In this document: one piece after another, positions 52,317 to 64,000 of the stretch
Numbering within the stretch: the stretch's first letter is position 1
How the letters are laid out: each line of letters opens with the position of its first letter
Source: Nageia nagi
Taxonomy: Eukaryota; Plantae; Pinophyta
Assembly (NCBI GenBank): GCA_050084985.1
Contig: JBITNC010000002.1
Span: forward strand, 15,252,001 to 15,316,000
Direction of reading: 5' to 3'
Length of the DNA stretch: 64,000 nt
Notes under the pieces: model-generated
The model's input: the letters and a program-made list of their open reading frames with translations, nothing else
Databases searched by the model: none
Told to the model about the DNA's origin: nothing
Position numbers and translations under genes: made by a program

Positions 52317-54510
52317 CTCCACATAAATTGCAGTTGCTCCACTGGATGTACCTTCACCTGCTCTAGATGTACCTTCATCTACTGCTTCCCTTTCAAGTCA
52401 CTCAATGTCCTCCTCAATGAAGATGGGTTCCACATCTTCAGCAACCCAATCTACTAGTGGAACCATAGAATCAAGGTCAATGGCATCATAGCAATCTGTG
52501 CCCTCCACTTGTCTAACATGAAGACGAAGATTGTATTGGATGAACACAAGGTCATTCAGGCACTGCTGGCTCAACCTATTGCGTCTCTTTGTGTGAACGC
52601 TCTCAAACATGGACCAATTGCGCTCACACCCAGAAGCACTACAAGGATGGCTCAATATCCTCACTACCATCTTTTGAAGATTCGGACATAGACCACCATT
52701 ATCTTCCCACCAACAATATGTGAAAAAGAAAATACAATTTCAAAAACTCAATCTAGCTTTGATAAAACACTAAATTACTAATAGTAAAAAGACCACATTT
52801 ATAATTTTATTGATTTTAGATTATTACCTGGTCGCAAGGTGTTCCTCTATATTTTACAAATAGCTGAAGAAAGAAACCTCCCTTCGACCTTCTTGTAGGC
52901 TTGCATCTCTTTTGGAACAAGAGTCCTAAGGTTATCATCAAGGATCATCCTTTTAATGCAAGTATAGAGGTCATCCATAATCTCGTTATCAGCCTCCAAA
53001 TTATCATCATAAAAAAACTTGGAGTTCAAGTAGAACCCCGCTGCATGTAGAGGTCGATGGAGATGATGGGTCCATCTCCTATCAATGATACTCTCAAGGG
53101 CATCCAATTTATTTATGTTTACATACAGTGGACAACCGCATTTTCCCTATCCATGGCCTCATATAGATAGCCCATCAGCATCAAATCACCATCTACAAGA
53201 CAAAGAACCTTGACCCAAGGTTGTGTGACCTAAAAATCATCAAAAAAACAAATTTTGACTTAAATAAAGAAAAATACAAACTACAAACTAACAAAGCTAC
53301 AAACTAAAAATTGAAAAAAAAAAAACATAAAAGAAAAAATTTGAATTACCTTCAAGGCCTCATCAACACCCTTCCAAAACAAGTCATCAAATACTATCTT
53401 TTGGACCTTCTCCCCATCATCACTATGACCAAAAGAAGAATCCCTCCATTTATCACTAATAAACATCCTCTTAAGAGGAGCTTCTCCTTCAAAGAGGCTT
53501 TGTAATGCAAGAAAATTGGAGGCAAATCTAGTGTGTTGGGATGGAAACCTTTCCTACCAGCCTAGGATCGCCTACACATGGTCGAGACGGGGAAAGCACC
53601 CAGCATTTAGGTGAGATAGCGTAACTTACCTCCTTTTGAAAGAACTGAAACCCCAAGGTTTGTTCGTGTTCCTGTTGAAGTTGCACAATTTTATATATAC
53701 GATAATCAGGGAAATGAACTGAACTAGTTTGGATAGAGGTAAAGGTTGTTAACTCACATTTTTTATAGGGACAAGGTGTTTTTGCGATGATTGAAAGTTG
53801 CTTTTGTTTTATAAAAAAAAGAATGCAGGAAAGATAAAATAAGCAAATAAAATAAATAAATAAAAAAGGAAAAAGGGTGAGAATGATTCAATACTGGTTA
53901 AGTCACAAGGCGATTGTCACAACAAAGCATTGTCTAAAATGAGATGTTTTCTAATCGATTATGAAGTTTTCGTTCATTCAATCTAGTTCAAAGTGAATGA
54001 CTATTGTCCAATCAGCTTTGAATCTAGAGCAAAAAGCAAGGTCGATTGTTGGTACTCCGCAGACGAGACCAATGCAATCAAAGGAAACAACGTAGAACGC
54101 ACGCTTTGGAACCAAGTTTGAACAAAAACTTCAAATAAGATGTAGAAAAGAAACCAATTTAGAATACATTCCATCTAAATGTGCAAAAGGCAAAAGATGG
54201 CAAACTTGGAGCAATTCAAGATATTTTTAAAAGTTTGAACAACTATTTTTTCCTAAAACTCTTGAGTTTTCAAAGAAAGAAGCGAAATATTTGAATTGTG
54301 AAAGAAAGCCACAAATGAAACCCATTCACCACTCCACGCATGACAAGTCTCTTGAGAAAATATGTAACCACTTTGTATTAGATTTGCAAAAGAGTTGTGC
54401 AATGATACATCAATTTGCTACTCTCTTACAAAAGTTCTCTCTTCAAGCTTGAAGTGTTTTGCTTCAAAATTCAGTCCCCCTTTTCTTTTGAAATGAGACC
54501 CTTGGTCTCT

Positions 54511-54519
54511 TATTTATAG
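54511..54519 (-). promoter_or_regulatory. TATA box, putative LTR promoter about 1 kb from the LTR 3' end
   Basis: CTATAAATA on minus, conserved with its context at 41674-41682 in the related LTR. Confidence 0.6.
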
Positions 54520-54693
54520 ACTTTAGGAAACCCTAAATGTCACTATTGAAACCCTAATCTCTAATTGCAATAGTAAAACTATTTAAAAGCTAATTGAGAT
54601 TGCTAATTAAGATTACAATCAACTTAATGGAAATCCACTAAGTTAGCCAATATTTGGCTTACATATTAAAAACTTGCCAAAATAGACCCCTTT

Positions 54694-57600
54694 CTATTCT
54701 GACGATTGTGGGAAGATGACTTGCACATTTGTGGCGATTTTGGCTTCAACATCATCTCCCATGAACATTTCTATGTTCTTGATGGCACAGTGGATTGTAT
54801 GGAGGGCTCCTTCGCTTGATAGCAGGTGCTCCAGGATGGCCTTATTGGTTTTGACCATTTCCTTGCTCCAATCAACCAATCTCATCCCTCCTATCATCTG
54901 TTTTCTTGTTTTCAGGCTATGTGGGTTCTTGGGCATAGCTGTTCTGCAATAGCGCCATGGATCATTGCCATCACTACCATATACTCCTTAATGCTACCGT
55001 TTTCTTCAAACAAGGGTACCTGGAATTTGTATTCCCTTGCATGTTCACTGATGATGGCTTTGAATTGAGTTCTGGTGTATATAAAGTCGGTGGATTTGGC
55101 TTTGATGTAAAACAAGTAATCATATAGTTGGAACCAATCAATGCAAAAATCCAACACAAATGAGTGATGGGTTGCCCTTCTCCGTAGGTCAATCATTGTG
55201 GGGTGCCCACTCTTCCATCTAATGATTAGCTGGTCTATTTTCTCCGCCTGAGAATATGACCCCTCCTCTTCAATATAAAAATTTACCATACTTGAGTGGA
55301 GTGCTTTGATGGCCTCAATAAGGTTCTTGGCCCATCTTTGTTTCATAGCGGTGATCCCAGTGTTTAAATTGACTTGCTTTTTGATGTCTTCAACCGCCAA
55401 ATTAGCAACCTTGACTTCTTTGTCAATCAATTCCTGCCTTGCCACTATCTTCTTTAGTTCCCGATTCTCTAATTTCAATAACGTACCGAATTCCCTCAAT
55501 GCTCGTGCATTTGTGATGATGTTATGCTCCATTCCCAATGGGCCAACAATCTCGGTAGGGGCCTCTTCTATTTCGACGGTGAGGGCAAACTTTTCGGTAT
55601 CAGCCTTGTGTTTCCTTGAGTAGAGCTTGTCCTTGTAGGTGACTTTTCCTACAGTGGTGATAAGAGTATCAATCTGCTGAAGTTTCTCATTTTCATCTTC
55701 GGAATCTTCTCCTTCGCAAAGGTGATTTGAACTCAAATTAGTCATCACTGCAACCATGTCGAAGCAGGGTTCCATGGGTCGTTTTCCATAGGGAACCATC
55801 TCTTCGTCTTCAATGATCTCAATATCGTGCTTTACTTGTCTTCTCTTCCTTCTTTGTTCTTCATTCTCTCCCTCATCTTCTTGATTTCCATCATCTCCCC
55901 CTGAAGATGATGCCATTGCTCTGGGTCTTGATGTACCCTTCTATACTTATGTTGTACTAGTCTTCCGAGATGGCGGCATTTGTGACACCTGTTTCTGTGG
56001 AGCGGATTTTGAAGTGGTTGCTCCTGCTACTTGTTGTATAGTCACATCAATTGAAAGACTATTTTTATCAAGAATCTCTACTGAATGACCTGTGTCAACT
56101 CTGTTGAAGACAATACCTTGATTTGTGTCCATATTGATGTCAATGACTGAACTAAAATTCATCTCTTCATCGGACTCTGACGAATTGCTCGACCCATATT
56201 TGTTTGAATTGGATGATGATGTGCTAAGATTTTGATTCAGGCGTATACCACTCTGATTCAAACCTTGCAATAGATCTATCTTTTTCTGCAAGTGTTTAAG
56301 TGGTTGAGAGATTAATCCTACTTTTCTGAGATCCAGGATAGCATTCCTTGTACCTAAGACAATTGTTTCAATGGTTTGTCCAAGGATGCTATTGGTAGCA
56401 TATTGCCCGTTCTGTCCTTGAGCCAGGGTTACTGAAGGTGATATTAAGGGAGTAAGATACGCTTGGCTCAGGAGTACGGTGACCTGCACATTGGCTCTTA
56501 ACTTGGACGCTTCTTCGGCTTCTTGTTGTTTTTGTTCTTTCTTCAGCTCCTTGTGAATCCGTTGAACCTGCAGGGTGTTCTAAATGTTCCTGTACCTCTC
56601 AATACTACCAAGGGAGCGGTGTGGATATGATGTGCTCCAAGTCTTCTAGAAAAATGCATCAATCATTCCATCAGTATCATAATGATCCGCAGCTACTTCA
56701 GTTGGGAACTCATACATCACCAACTCTTGTTTGACCATGTCGATCTAACGCTAGGTGATGCATTCATAATTCCCAACGATGATAGGTAATTGGTAGGTGG
56801 TGACTGCCTTTTTTATCCATACCTTGTCATGTATGTTAAGCAAATGTCTTGAGAATTCCATAAGGGTGAGACGATCACTTGCATAATAGGGTAGCTTGTA
56901 CGGAGCTCCTTTGGAGCCAAAGACCCTGAGGTAAGTGAATTCTATGTCCTCCATGAAGAAGTCTGCGTGTCCCTTGATAACGGCAACTTCATTGGATATT
57001 CTGAATAAATTAGCTTTGCCCAAAATCTCTTCATAGATTTTGCCTTCAAAACCATTAGTCATCATTATCCAGTTTCCACTGTTCCATTTATTATGAGCAT
57101 AGAACCGAGGGTAATTCTCCTACACTGGATGTGTATGGTCATACAGGCATTGGGTATTGGCAACTGACGTTACCCTCTCCTTACCGTGAAGGAGTACGAA
57201 AACTAGGTAGGAGTTCATGTAGAATTTCTTGGTCCTTTGAATATGCTTCAATTGTTGAGCTCAGAAATCACTAATCACTCAACTCCACCTAATACCTCTA
57301 CCGCTACTGATTAGATCTATAAACCCCGCGAATTCCGACCAGAATTTGGTATCATCTTTTTGTCTGGTCACTCTGGAAAGCTTTGATATTAGTCAGGAGA
57401 CTACTGGATAGAACTCTCCTCAGTTGGCGTTTCTAAGGCTCTTCTTGTGAGATGTTTGCGATCATCAACCAACCAATCTCTAATCAAATCACCTGGTGGT
57501 TTCAGACCTATGTAGAATTTTAAGGAGTCTTGCACGCTGTATGATTGGCCTTTGCCCTTCCAAGCAAATGCCCTTCCTATTCCTCCCTCAAAGAAGTCCA

Positions 57601-57949
57601 TGATTACTTCATTTCTTCTATCGAGGAGTCTTCGATATCGGAAGTTGCAATGCTCTCCTAGTTTGTAGCACAACTCAGGAAATGGGGTGGCGAATGGTAC
57701 CATAGAGGCTGCTAATAGTAAAGTTCTCAAAGGGTCATTTATTATTGAAGATGGATCCAATGTGTGTATTTTCATTAAAGTGTTTATTGGATCAAGGGAG
57801 TTACAATATGTATCTCCAATCTCACTCAATTGGTCTATGATTCTTGCAACAGGCATCTCGGGCTCTGACGTATGTTCAAGTGTAATAAGATTGTCCGTTG
57901 TGAGCCTCCTCTGCTTCCTATCTTTGATGTTATATGCAACTAATGCCAT
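54694..57949 (-). pseudogene. Large accessory ORF (about 1,080 codons if reconstructed) of unknown function inside the giant LTR
   Basis: ORFs 57401-57949, 56751-57065, 55947-56489, 54912-55916 and 54694-54936 are co-oriented. The middle three share one frame separated only by point stops, and two frameshifts join the outer ones. Globular N-terminus, Ser/acidic linker, coiled-coil-like C-terminus. Confidence 0.7.
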
Positions 57950-58810
57950 CTTGTTCCTGTCTAAGAAGACAACACAACGTTAGAGGGGTATTGGGAAGCT
58001 CATGGCACTTTCTAGGCAAGCAAAGAGAAATTTTTAAAGAAATTGGGATTTTGGGCATTTTTTCTCTAAGTGAGCCATCATTGAAAAATGTCAAGATTTA
58101 CAACTTTCAAAGCTTTTTTGGGTGAGTTTGGTATGATACAACGGTAACTAACTCAAAGGGGACTGCCTTGGCAAAATTTTAGGGAGTTTGGAAAATTTTC
58201 AAATTTTTTCAAAAAGAGTTGACTTTTTCATCAGGAAAAAATGGTGAAATTTTGGCAAAATTGGCAAATGATGTCGAAATCTAGTTCTAACACCTTATAT
58301 GGATGAGGAATGTTTGGAGAAGGTGTTTTAAACATTGAAATGGCCAAAATGAACTTCAGAAACAAATTTTGGCGTTTTCTGAAATTTTTAAAAAAAAAAT
58401 TTGAAATTTTTTGAAGAAATGAGGATTTTAAGCACTCAGATCTTGGATCTTAAATTTTTTTTTGTGTTTTTTAGCTGAAAATAAAAGTTGATCACATGGA
58501 TAAAGGGTATCCAAAAAGGTGATCAAACTAGAAATCTGAAAAAAAAATTTTCAAGTGTTTGAGGTTTGGAAAAATGGGGTTTTGACATGAAAATCCTCAA
58601 AAACTTGGAAAATGAAGTTCATGTGAATGGAGGATGCTTGGAATTCGAATTTCAATGGAGTTTGGGTAAATGGCCAATATGCTAAGTGTTTGAAAAAAAT
58701 CCTCAAAGGCTAAAAATGGCTTCTTTTCTCACTTGGCTTTCAAATTCTCAAAAATTTGGGCAACATAAGGGTGCAAAAATGAGAGGTGAGAAGAATGGAA
58801 GGATATGGCT

Positions 58811-58820
58811 GTATTTATAG
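58811..58820 (-). promoter_or_regulatory. TATA box, putative promoter of the LTR-internal gene
   Basis: CTATAAATAC on minus followed by a pyrimidine-rich leader, about 860 bp before the ATG at 57949 and directly downstream of the repeat array. Confidence 0.5.
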
Positions 58821-58899
58821 ACTTTGAGGGTTCAAATAGTGCCATATGTCAACATCCTAGCTTTTTAGACCAAAACTTTTGCATTTTGAACTTATCTCT

Positions 58900-60500
58900 T
58901 TCATCCCCAAGGTTGGGAAAGTGGAGAAATCATGGGAAAGAAGGCAAAACCAGCACCTACCTTTTGGAGGGTGATAAATTGTTTTTTTGGCAAATTTGCA
59001 AGAGGCAAAGATGCTCATATTTGGATTTGCTACCCTACCTCACTTTCCAATTTTGATTTTGAGATTTTTTTGAAAAATTTGGAAAAGTTTGGAGCTCTCC
59101 CATTGGCTGATCCAAATTTTGTCATTTTGAGGGAGTAGATCCACTTTTTTCAAAAAACTTAGAACTTGAAAAAGATGCAAAATTGGATTTCCCATGCTCC
59201 TAGGATCAAAAAATGTGATTTTTGAGCAAAGTAGAGGGATGGAAGGCTAGGCGCAGGTTTTGTGGGGTTTAGGCAAGTTTTGAAATTTCAAAAAATGGGG
59301 ATAACTTGCAAAACCAGTGCCTACCTTTTTTGGGGCCAAAACCTGGTTTTTTTTGGAACATTGCAAGAGGCAATGTTGATCTTCATTAAATTTGGCACCC
59401 TAACTCATTTTGCTTTTTTGATTTTGAAATTTTTTGAAAAATTTCAAAATTTTTGAAGCTCTCCCATTGGCTGATCCAAATTTTGTCATTTTGAGGGAGT
59501 AGATCCATTTTTTTCAAAAAACTTGAAACATGAAAGATGTGCAAAATTGGATTTCCCATGCCTTTAGGATCAAAATTTTCAATTTTTGGGCAAAAAAGGA
59601 GGCTTGCATGCTAGGCGCTGGTTTTGAGGGGCTTGGCATGTTTTGGAAAAATTAGAAATTGAGGGAAATACCTCAAAACTGCCACTTAGGTTTTTGGGGG
59701 GCGAAAATTCATTTTTTTGCAAATTTTCAAGAGACAATGTTGGTCTTCTTCAAATTTGCTACCCTACCTCACTTTCATTTTTTGATTTGGCCAACTTTGA
59801 AAATTTTTTTGCAAAATTTGGAGCCCTCTCATTGGCCAATTGAATTTCGATAATTTGAGGAGGTAGATCTCATTTTTTTGAAAAACTCAAATCATCAATT
59901 TTGTCGATTTTTTTCAAATTTGGAGCACAAGAAGGGTAGCCGCAGGTTTTGAGGCATTTAGACCATTTTTCAATTTTTGGATTTTAGGGGAAACAAGGCA
60001 AAACCAATGCCTAGCTCTAGGAGGGGTATTTTTTGGTCAATTTCAAAAATTCCAAGAGGAAAGGTGCTTAATTTTCTATTTTCCACCCTACCTCATCTTT
60101 GGATTTTCATTTTTGCAATTTTGAAATTTTCAAAATTTTAGAGCATTCCTATTGGCTGTCCTTTTACTCATTTTCTTGTTTTTTTTCATTTTTGATGGAG
60201 CAAAACTTGTCGAAATCGCGAACTTAAAAGATCAATTTGATGTAGAATCATGATCCCCATGCTCCTGAACTCAAAATTGCCATTTCAGATCAAGTTGGGC
60301 CTCCCAAAAGGTAGGCGCAGGTTTTTGAAGAGAATAGGCCATTTTTCAAAATTTGATTAAGTGAAGGAAAACAAGGAAAACTCCCCCTAACTTTTCGGGG
60401 ATCAAAAGTTGAGTTTTTTCAACATTTCCAAGAGCAAAGTGACCTTGATTTGTCATTTGGGATCACACCTCTCTCTCGGATTTTGATTCTGATCATTTTG
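58900..60500. repeat. Degenerate tandem array, ~365-bp period (about 4.5 units)
   Basis: The anchor (c)attgg recurs at 59101, 59465, 59830 and 60150; taggcgcaggtttt-like motifs recur near 59249, 59612, 59938 and 60312. Confidence 0.85.
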
Positions 60501-63288
60501 AAAAAACTCACTTTTTTGGGACCCGCCTGAGGCTTCTTGGGAGCCAAAATGCTTACTTTTTGATTTTATCCCCCAAGAGCACTCAAACTTGCTCTCTGAC
60601 TCATTCCGAGACATACTTGATCCTTTCCGGTCTTTCCCGTCTTTTATAGGCCCAAATGGTGCATTTCCGCCATTTTCGGGCTTTAAGGATGAATTTCGAC
60701 CATTCCCGACATTTCTAGACATTTCCGAGCTCGAACGGTGAAAAAACAATCATTTCTAGCATTTTGCGCTCAAAATTACATTTTCGGCTTTTTTGGACTA
60801 AAATATGCAAAAACGTTCATTTCCAGTGTTTCCTAGCATTTCGAAGCTTTTTAAGCTGAACTTGACAATTTTGGTCATTTTTGAGCTTTTTGAAATTAAA
60901 TTGTCCAATCTTAGGCTCAAAAGTGACCAAAATGTGCTTTTCCGAGTTACTGACACTATTTTGGTTCTCCAAGCTCAAAATTGACAAAAACACGCCTTTT
61001 GATTGTAAATGCCCTTTCTGGGTTCAATTTGTACAAAAACGACAATTTTTGTCATCTTAATTGTATCCATTGCTCCCGGGCTCAAACTTGATAAAAAACC
61101 ATTCATTCTATCTTTTGGGCACTTTTATGCTCAAATTCTACGAAAATGCACCTTTCTATTGCGCTTGGTGCCTATGGACTGATCCTATGCAAAAACGCTC
61201 CTTTTTTGTCAACTTGACTCTGCTGGACTGAAATGCTATCAAATCGCATCTTTTTCACCTTGCTAGCCAATTGCTTTAAAATCCATTGTCTAGTTGTAGT
61301 CATGATCCGAGACTCCACTCTGTGAGAAGTTGATTGGGATCGGGCCCTTACTTGGCCACTGGCTAACCTGAACTTTCTGCATGACTCTAGGGCATGTCTC
61401 CTTGGTGCTCAATCATCTAGGCCTTAGGATATTTACACTGGCTATAGTTTGATCATGCCCGGGCAATGCTACTCATTGCCTTAGTAAGAAAAATGTAGGG
61501 TCCCCAAAATGCTGCATCTTGGGGTGTGTTGTGCGGGCACAACATAGTGATACTTGGACAAATGATCTCCTTGCCACCCGTGTGCTCTCTCATCAAACTA
61601 AGCACCCAAATGTGGTTGTAGATGAATTTGGTAATTATTTTTACCTCATCAACCACAGTTTTAATCCATAAGAGCTTGCCCATGTCCTCTAGCATAAGGT
61701 CAATCACATGGGCTGCGCATGGGCTCCAAAATAAGGTTTTATACTTCCTCTCAAGCATTTTACCTACAAAAACATATGTTGAAGCGTTGTCCATCACAAC
61801 TTGGACAACATTTTCCACACCCACTTCCAACACCACTTCCTCAAGCAATTTGAAAATCAGCGATGCATCTTTTATTTTATCGGATGCATCAATTGACTTC
61901 AAGAAGACCACTTATCCATGTGATGCCACCATGAAGTTGATTAGTGTACGGTTCTTTGTATATGTCCATCCATCTAACATAATTGTGCATCCATGTTTGC
62001 GCCAATTCTTTATTTGCTCATCTACTATGGCAAGTGTGGTAAGTACCGCATCCTTAAGCAAAGGACCACTGAAATCCTTTGTGGTAGGGGCCTTCATCCC
62101 TCTTCCAACATTGATGAATGCATTCACCATGGTTGCCCAATAAGGACTATTTGCAACATTAAAAGGAATGTTGCAATAGTACCAAAAATTTGCAGCTGCT
62201 CTTCGGGCTGCTTGGATTTTATTTTTTCCCCTTGATGTAGTGTCAAGGGAAGGTTGTGCCTCTGTAGGAGGAACAAAAAAACCTTCCATGGTTTTATGCC
62301 TCACTAAAGCTGGAAGTGTTGAATTTTTATTTGGCTTTGAACATGGATTTTAGGCAAATAAAGAATTTGACACTGAATCTTCAAAGCTCACTTTCCCCCA
62401 ATCCCTGCACCAACTGCCATCTTGGTATTTTGCTTTTCTACCTTCTTTTGTGAGGATGTGGCAAGTAAAGTTTGCATTTCACGTACAACCTTGGAAGGTG
62501 TAGCAAAACAAAGTGCTACATATTTACCTGGTATTCTTGCAAGATGGTATTTTAATCTATTGATACCACCCCTATAAGGTCTTTTTGCAAAAATTGCAAA
62601 TCACTTGACCTAAAAGATCACCCTTTGTGCCATACTTCCAAGTAATATCTGTCATAGGTGCTAGAGGAGGAGATGGATTGGAATTGACATCATCTTCAGT
62701 TTCCATCTGGAAAGTGAAAAAAAGTAAAATTCCTATTAAAAAACCCTAAAAAACCCTAACCCTAATTTACAAAAAAAATCACAAAATATTCCAAAAATAA
62801 CAATACCCTTTTGAAGTATAGGCATTAACACTAACATACAAAGGAAAACAAAAAAATTCCATGGTGAAATTTAAAAAAAAAAAAGCCAAAAACCCTACCT
62901 CTTCAAATGCACGATGAGAATTAAAAAACACACAACCGGATCACAAGCTCTTGAGAAATTTGCGGTGAAATGCTAAAAATCCACAATGAAGCTTTTCATA
63001 TTGATGTTGAACCTTTGAATCTTCAAAAACTGACCTGGAGAGCAAATGAGAGCAAAATGACCAAACTGGGCAGGAAATAGGGTGACTGTCCAAAAAACTT
63101 AACTTTTCTGGCTCTGTTTTCCCGGTTGCCAGTTAACCGTCAATTACTCACCAGTTTCCGGTCCAATTACTCATCGGTTAACCGGAAAAACCTGGCATCG
63201 ACAAGTTTAGGCCACTACGGACTCGGCAAAGGGAAGACTTGCGGGAACCCGCGGTTTTCCACATGTTACCCGTGGTTTGTAACAAACC

Positions 63289-64000
63289 TACATGATGTGC
63301 CGCCAGCCAAAACCTGCTTTGGAGAAGCTGCCTAAAGCCCAACACAGACCTGCCAAAAGCGCTAGCCACCATACCATTTGTTGAGTGCCAAGTGGCACAG
63401 TTTGGTTGGAGACGCCCTTATTGAGGGTTATTTTGGGCTTGTAAAGGGTATTTTGGGCTTGTTATGGTTGTTTGTTATTTTTAAAATTTGGGATTGATTT
63501 TAAAATAGTTTTTTAGAAGTTGTTAGACTATTTTTTAGAGAGGGTGTTGTTATTATTTCCCCAAATAAAAGGAGGGGAGATAATATTCGCATGTGTTAGC
63601 TATTTTGATATTTGCAAAGTTGGCAAATATTATTCTTGGTAATGTTGTTAAGTATCGAGTTTTTTAAGAGATGGGTAATATTTCAAAGGTGTTGAAATAT
63701 TCCCTAAATCCTAGTTGTTAGGTGGTTATAGTTATTTTGGAGGAAGGCCAAGTGGAGATGAGATTGGTTGATGGCCACAACCTAAATTAACTCTACTTGG
63801 TGTGATGCCAATTAATTGGTTGTAACTACATTTTTGTTTCCTAGCTTCCTAAAATTTATAAAAGAAAGACTAGTGAGTATTGTTTTTTTAAAGTCAAACT
63901 TTTGCTAGTCCACGGCAGAAAAAGAGTGTGAAGAGACCATGAAAAAAAAAATAAGTGTTGAAAACAGTGAGACAGTTCAAGGAAGCAAATGTACAACAAC
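63289..64000 (+). mobile_element. Probable continuation of the Gypsy 3' LTR begun at 51145
   Basis: Follows the hAT near-TSD, with GC-rich composition similar to 51400-51750 and tataaaag near 63858. Continuity is inferred. Confidence 0.5.

Larger units (their letters stand above)
53534..61544 (-). mobile_element. 8,011-bp giant solo-LTR-like element with an internal gene
   Basis: Perfect 5-bp TSD TAGTG (53529-53533 and 61545-61549); termini TGTTG...CAACA. No second LTR copy, PBS, PPT, gag or pol was recognised inside. Minus orientation is inferred from the TATA boxes and ORFs. Confidence 0.85.
52110..62706 (-). pseudogene. Intron-containing hAT transposase (BED, DUF659, dimerisation domain, acidic tail), disrupted
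   Basis: ATG at 62706; BED CNFC...KYHLA; GCTIMLDGWT; WSPCAAHVIDLMLED. The frame CPSIT|RFASNF is restored by removing 53534-61549. Introns at 53349-53230 and 52827-~52719. SASGCERNWSMF...RNRL in 52398-52670. Confidence 0.9.
51751..63279 (-). mobile_element. Full-length-type hAT transposon, interrupted by the 8-kb LTR
   Basis: Left TIR caaggttggaaaac is preceded by tacaaacc; the eroded right end cgtggtttg is followed by taacaaacc (near 8-bp TSD). The complete transposase domain set lies between them. Confidence 0.82.

Noticed and set aside
61622-62143. 173-aa plus-strand ORF (also 55306-55623 and 57687-57983)
   Set aside because: Antisense shadows of the hAT transposase and the LTR-internal ORF.

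Overview
AT-rich eukaryotic plant DNA, most likely a large-genome gymnosperm (inferred from the very long TE-filled introns and the LTR families; the species cannot be identified). The one clear host gene is the 3' part of a TRM5-type tRNA (guanine(37)-N1)-methyltransferase on the minus strand. Five exons (46414-46484, 35799-35941, 33776-33887, 31458-31570, 31084-31212) splice in frame with GT-AG sites across introns of 10.5 kb and more. The left half (1-29 kb) holds decayed Copia/Gypsy remnants, a near-complete Copia whose 5' LTR is partly inverted, a tandem triplication of a Gypsy RT fragment, and a locally duplicated small membrane-protein gene (one open copy, one pseudogene). The TRM5 introns hold nested transposons: a gag-only Gypsy LTR is split by a hAT element, which is itself split by an 8,011-bp element with TG...CA ends and a perfect 5-bp TSD. 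That element looks like a single giant solo LTR carrying its own TATA-driven, roughly 1,080-codon non-gag/pol gene and a ~365-bp repeat array, and it is the best candidate for an undescribed system. A related LTR at 40.8-43.9 kb lacks the gene, and a diverged homolog of the gene lies at 10-11.7 kb. All calls are by eye; boundaries without TSD or splice support are approximate. Parts of 11.7-14.7 kb and 22-25 kb remain unresolved.
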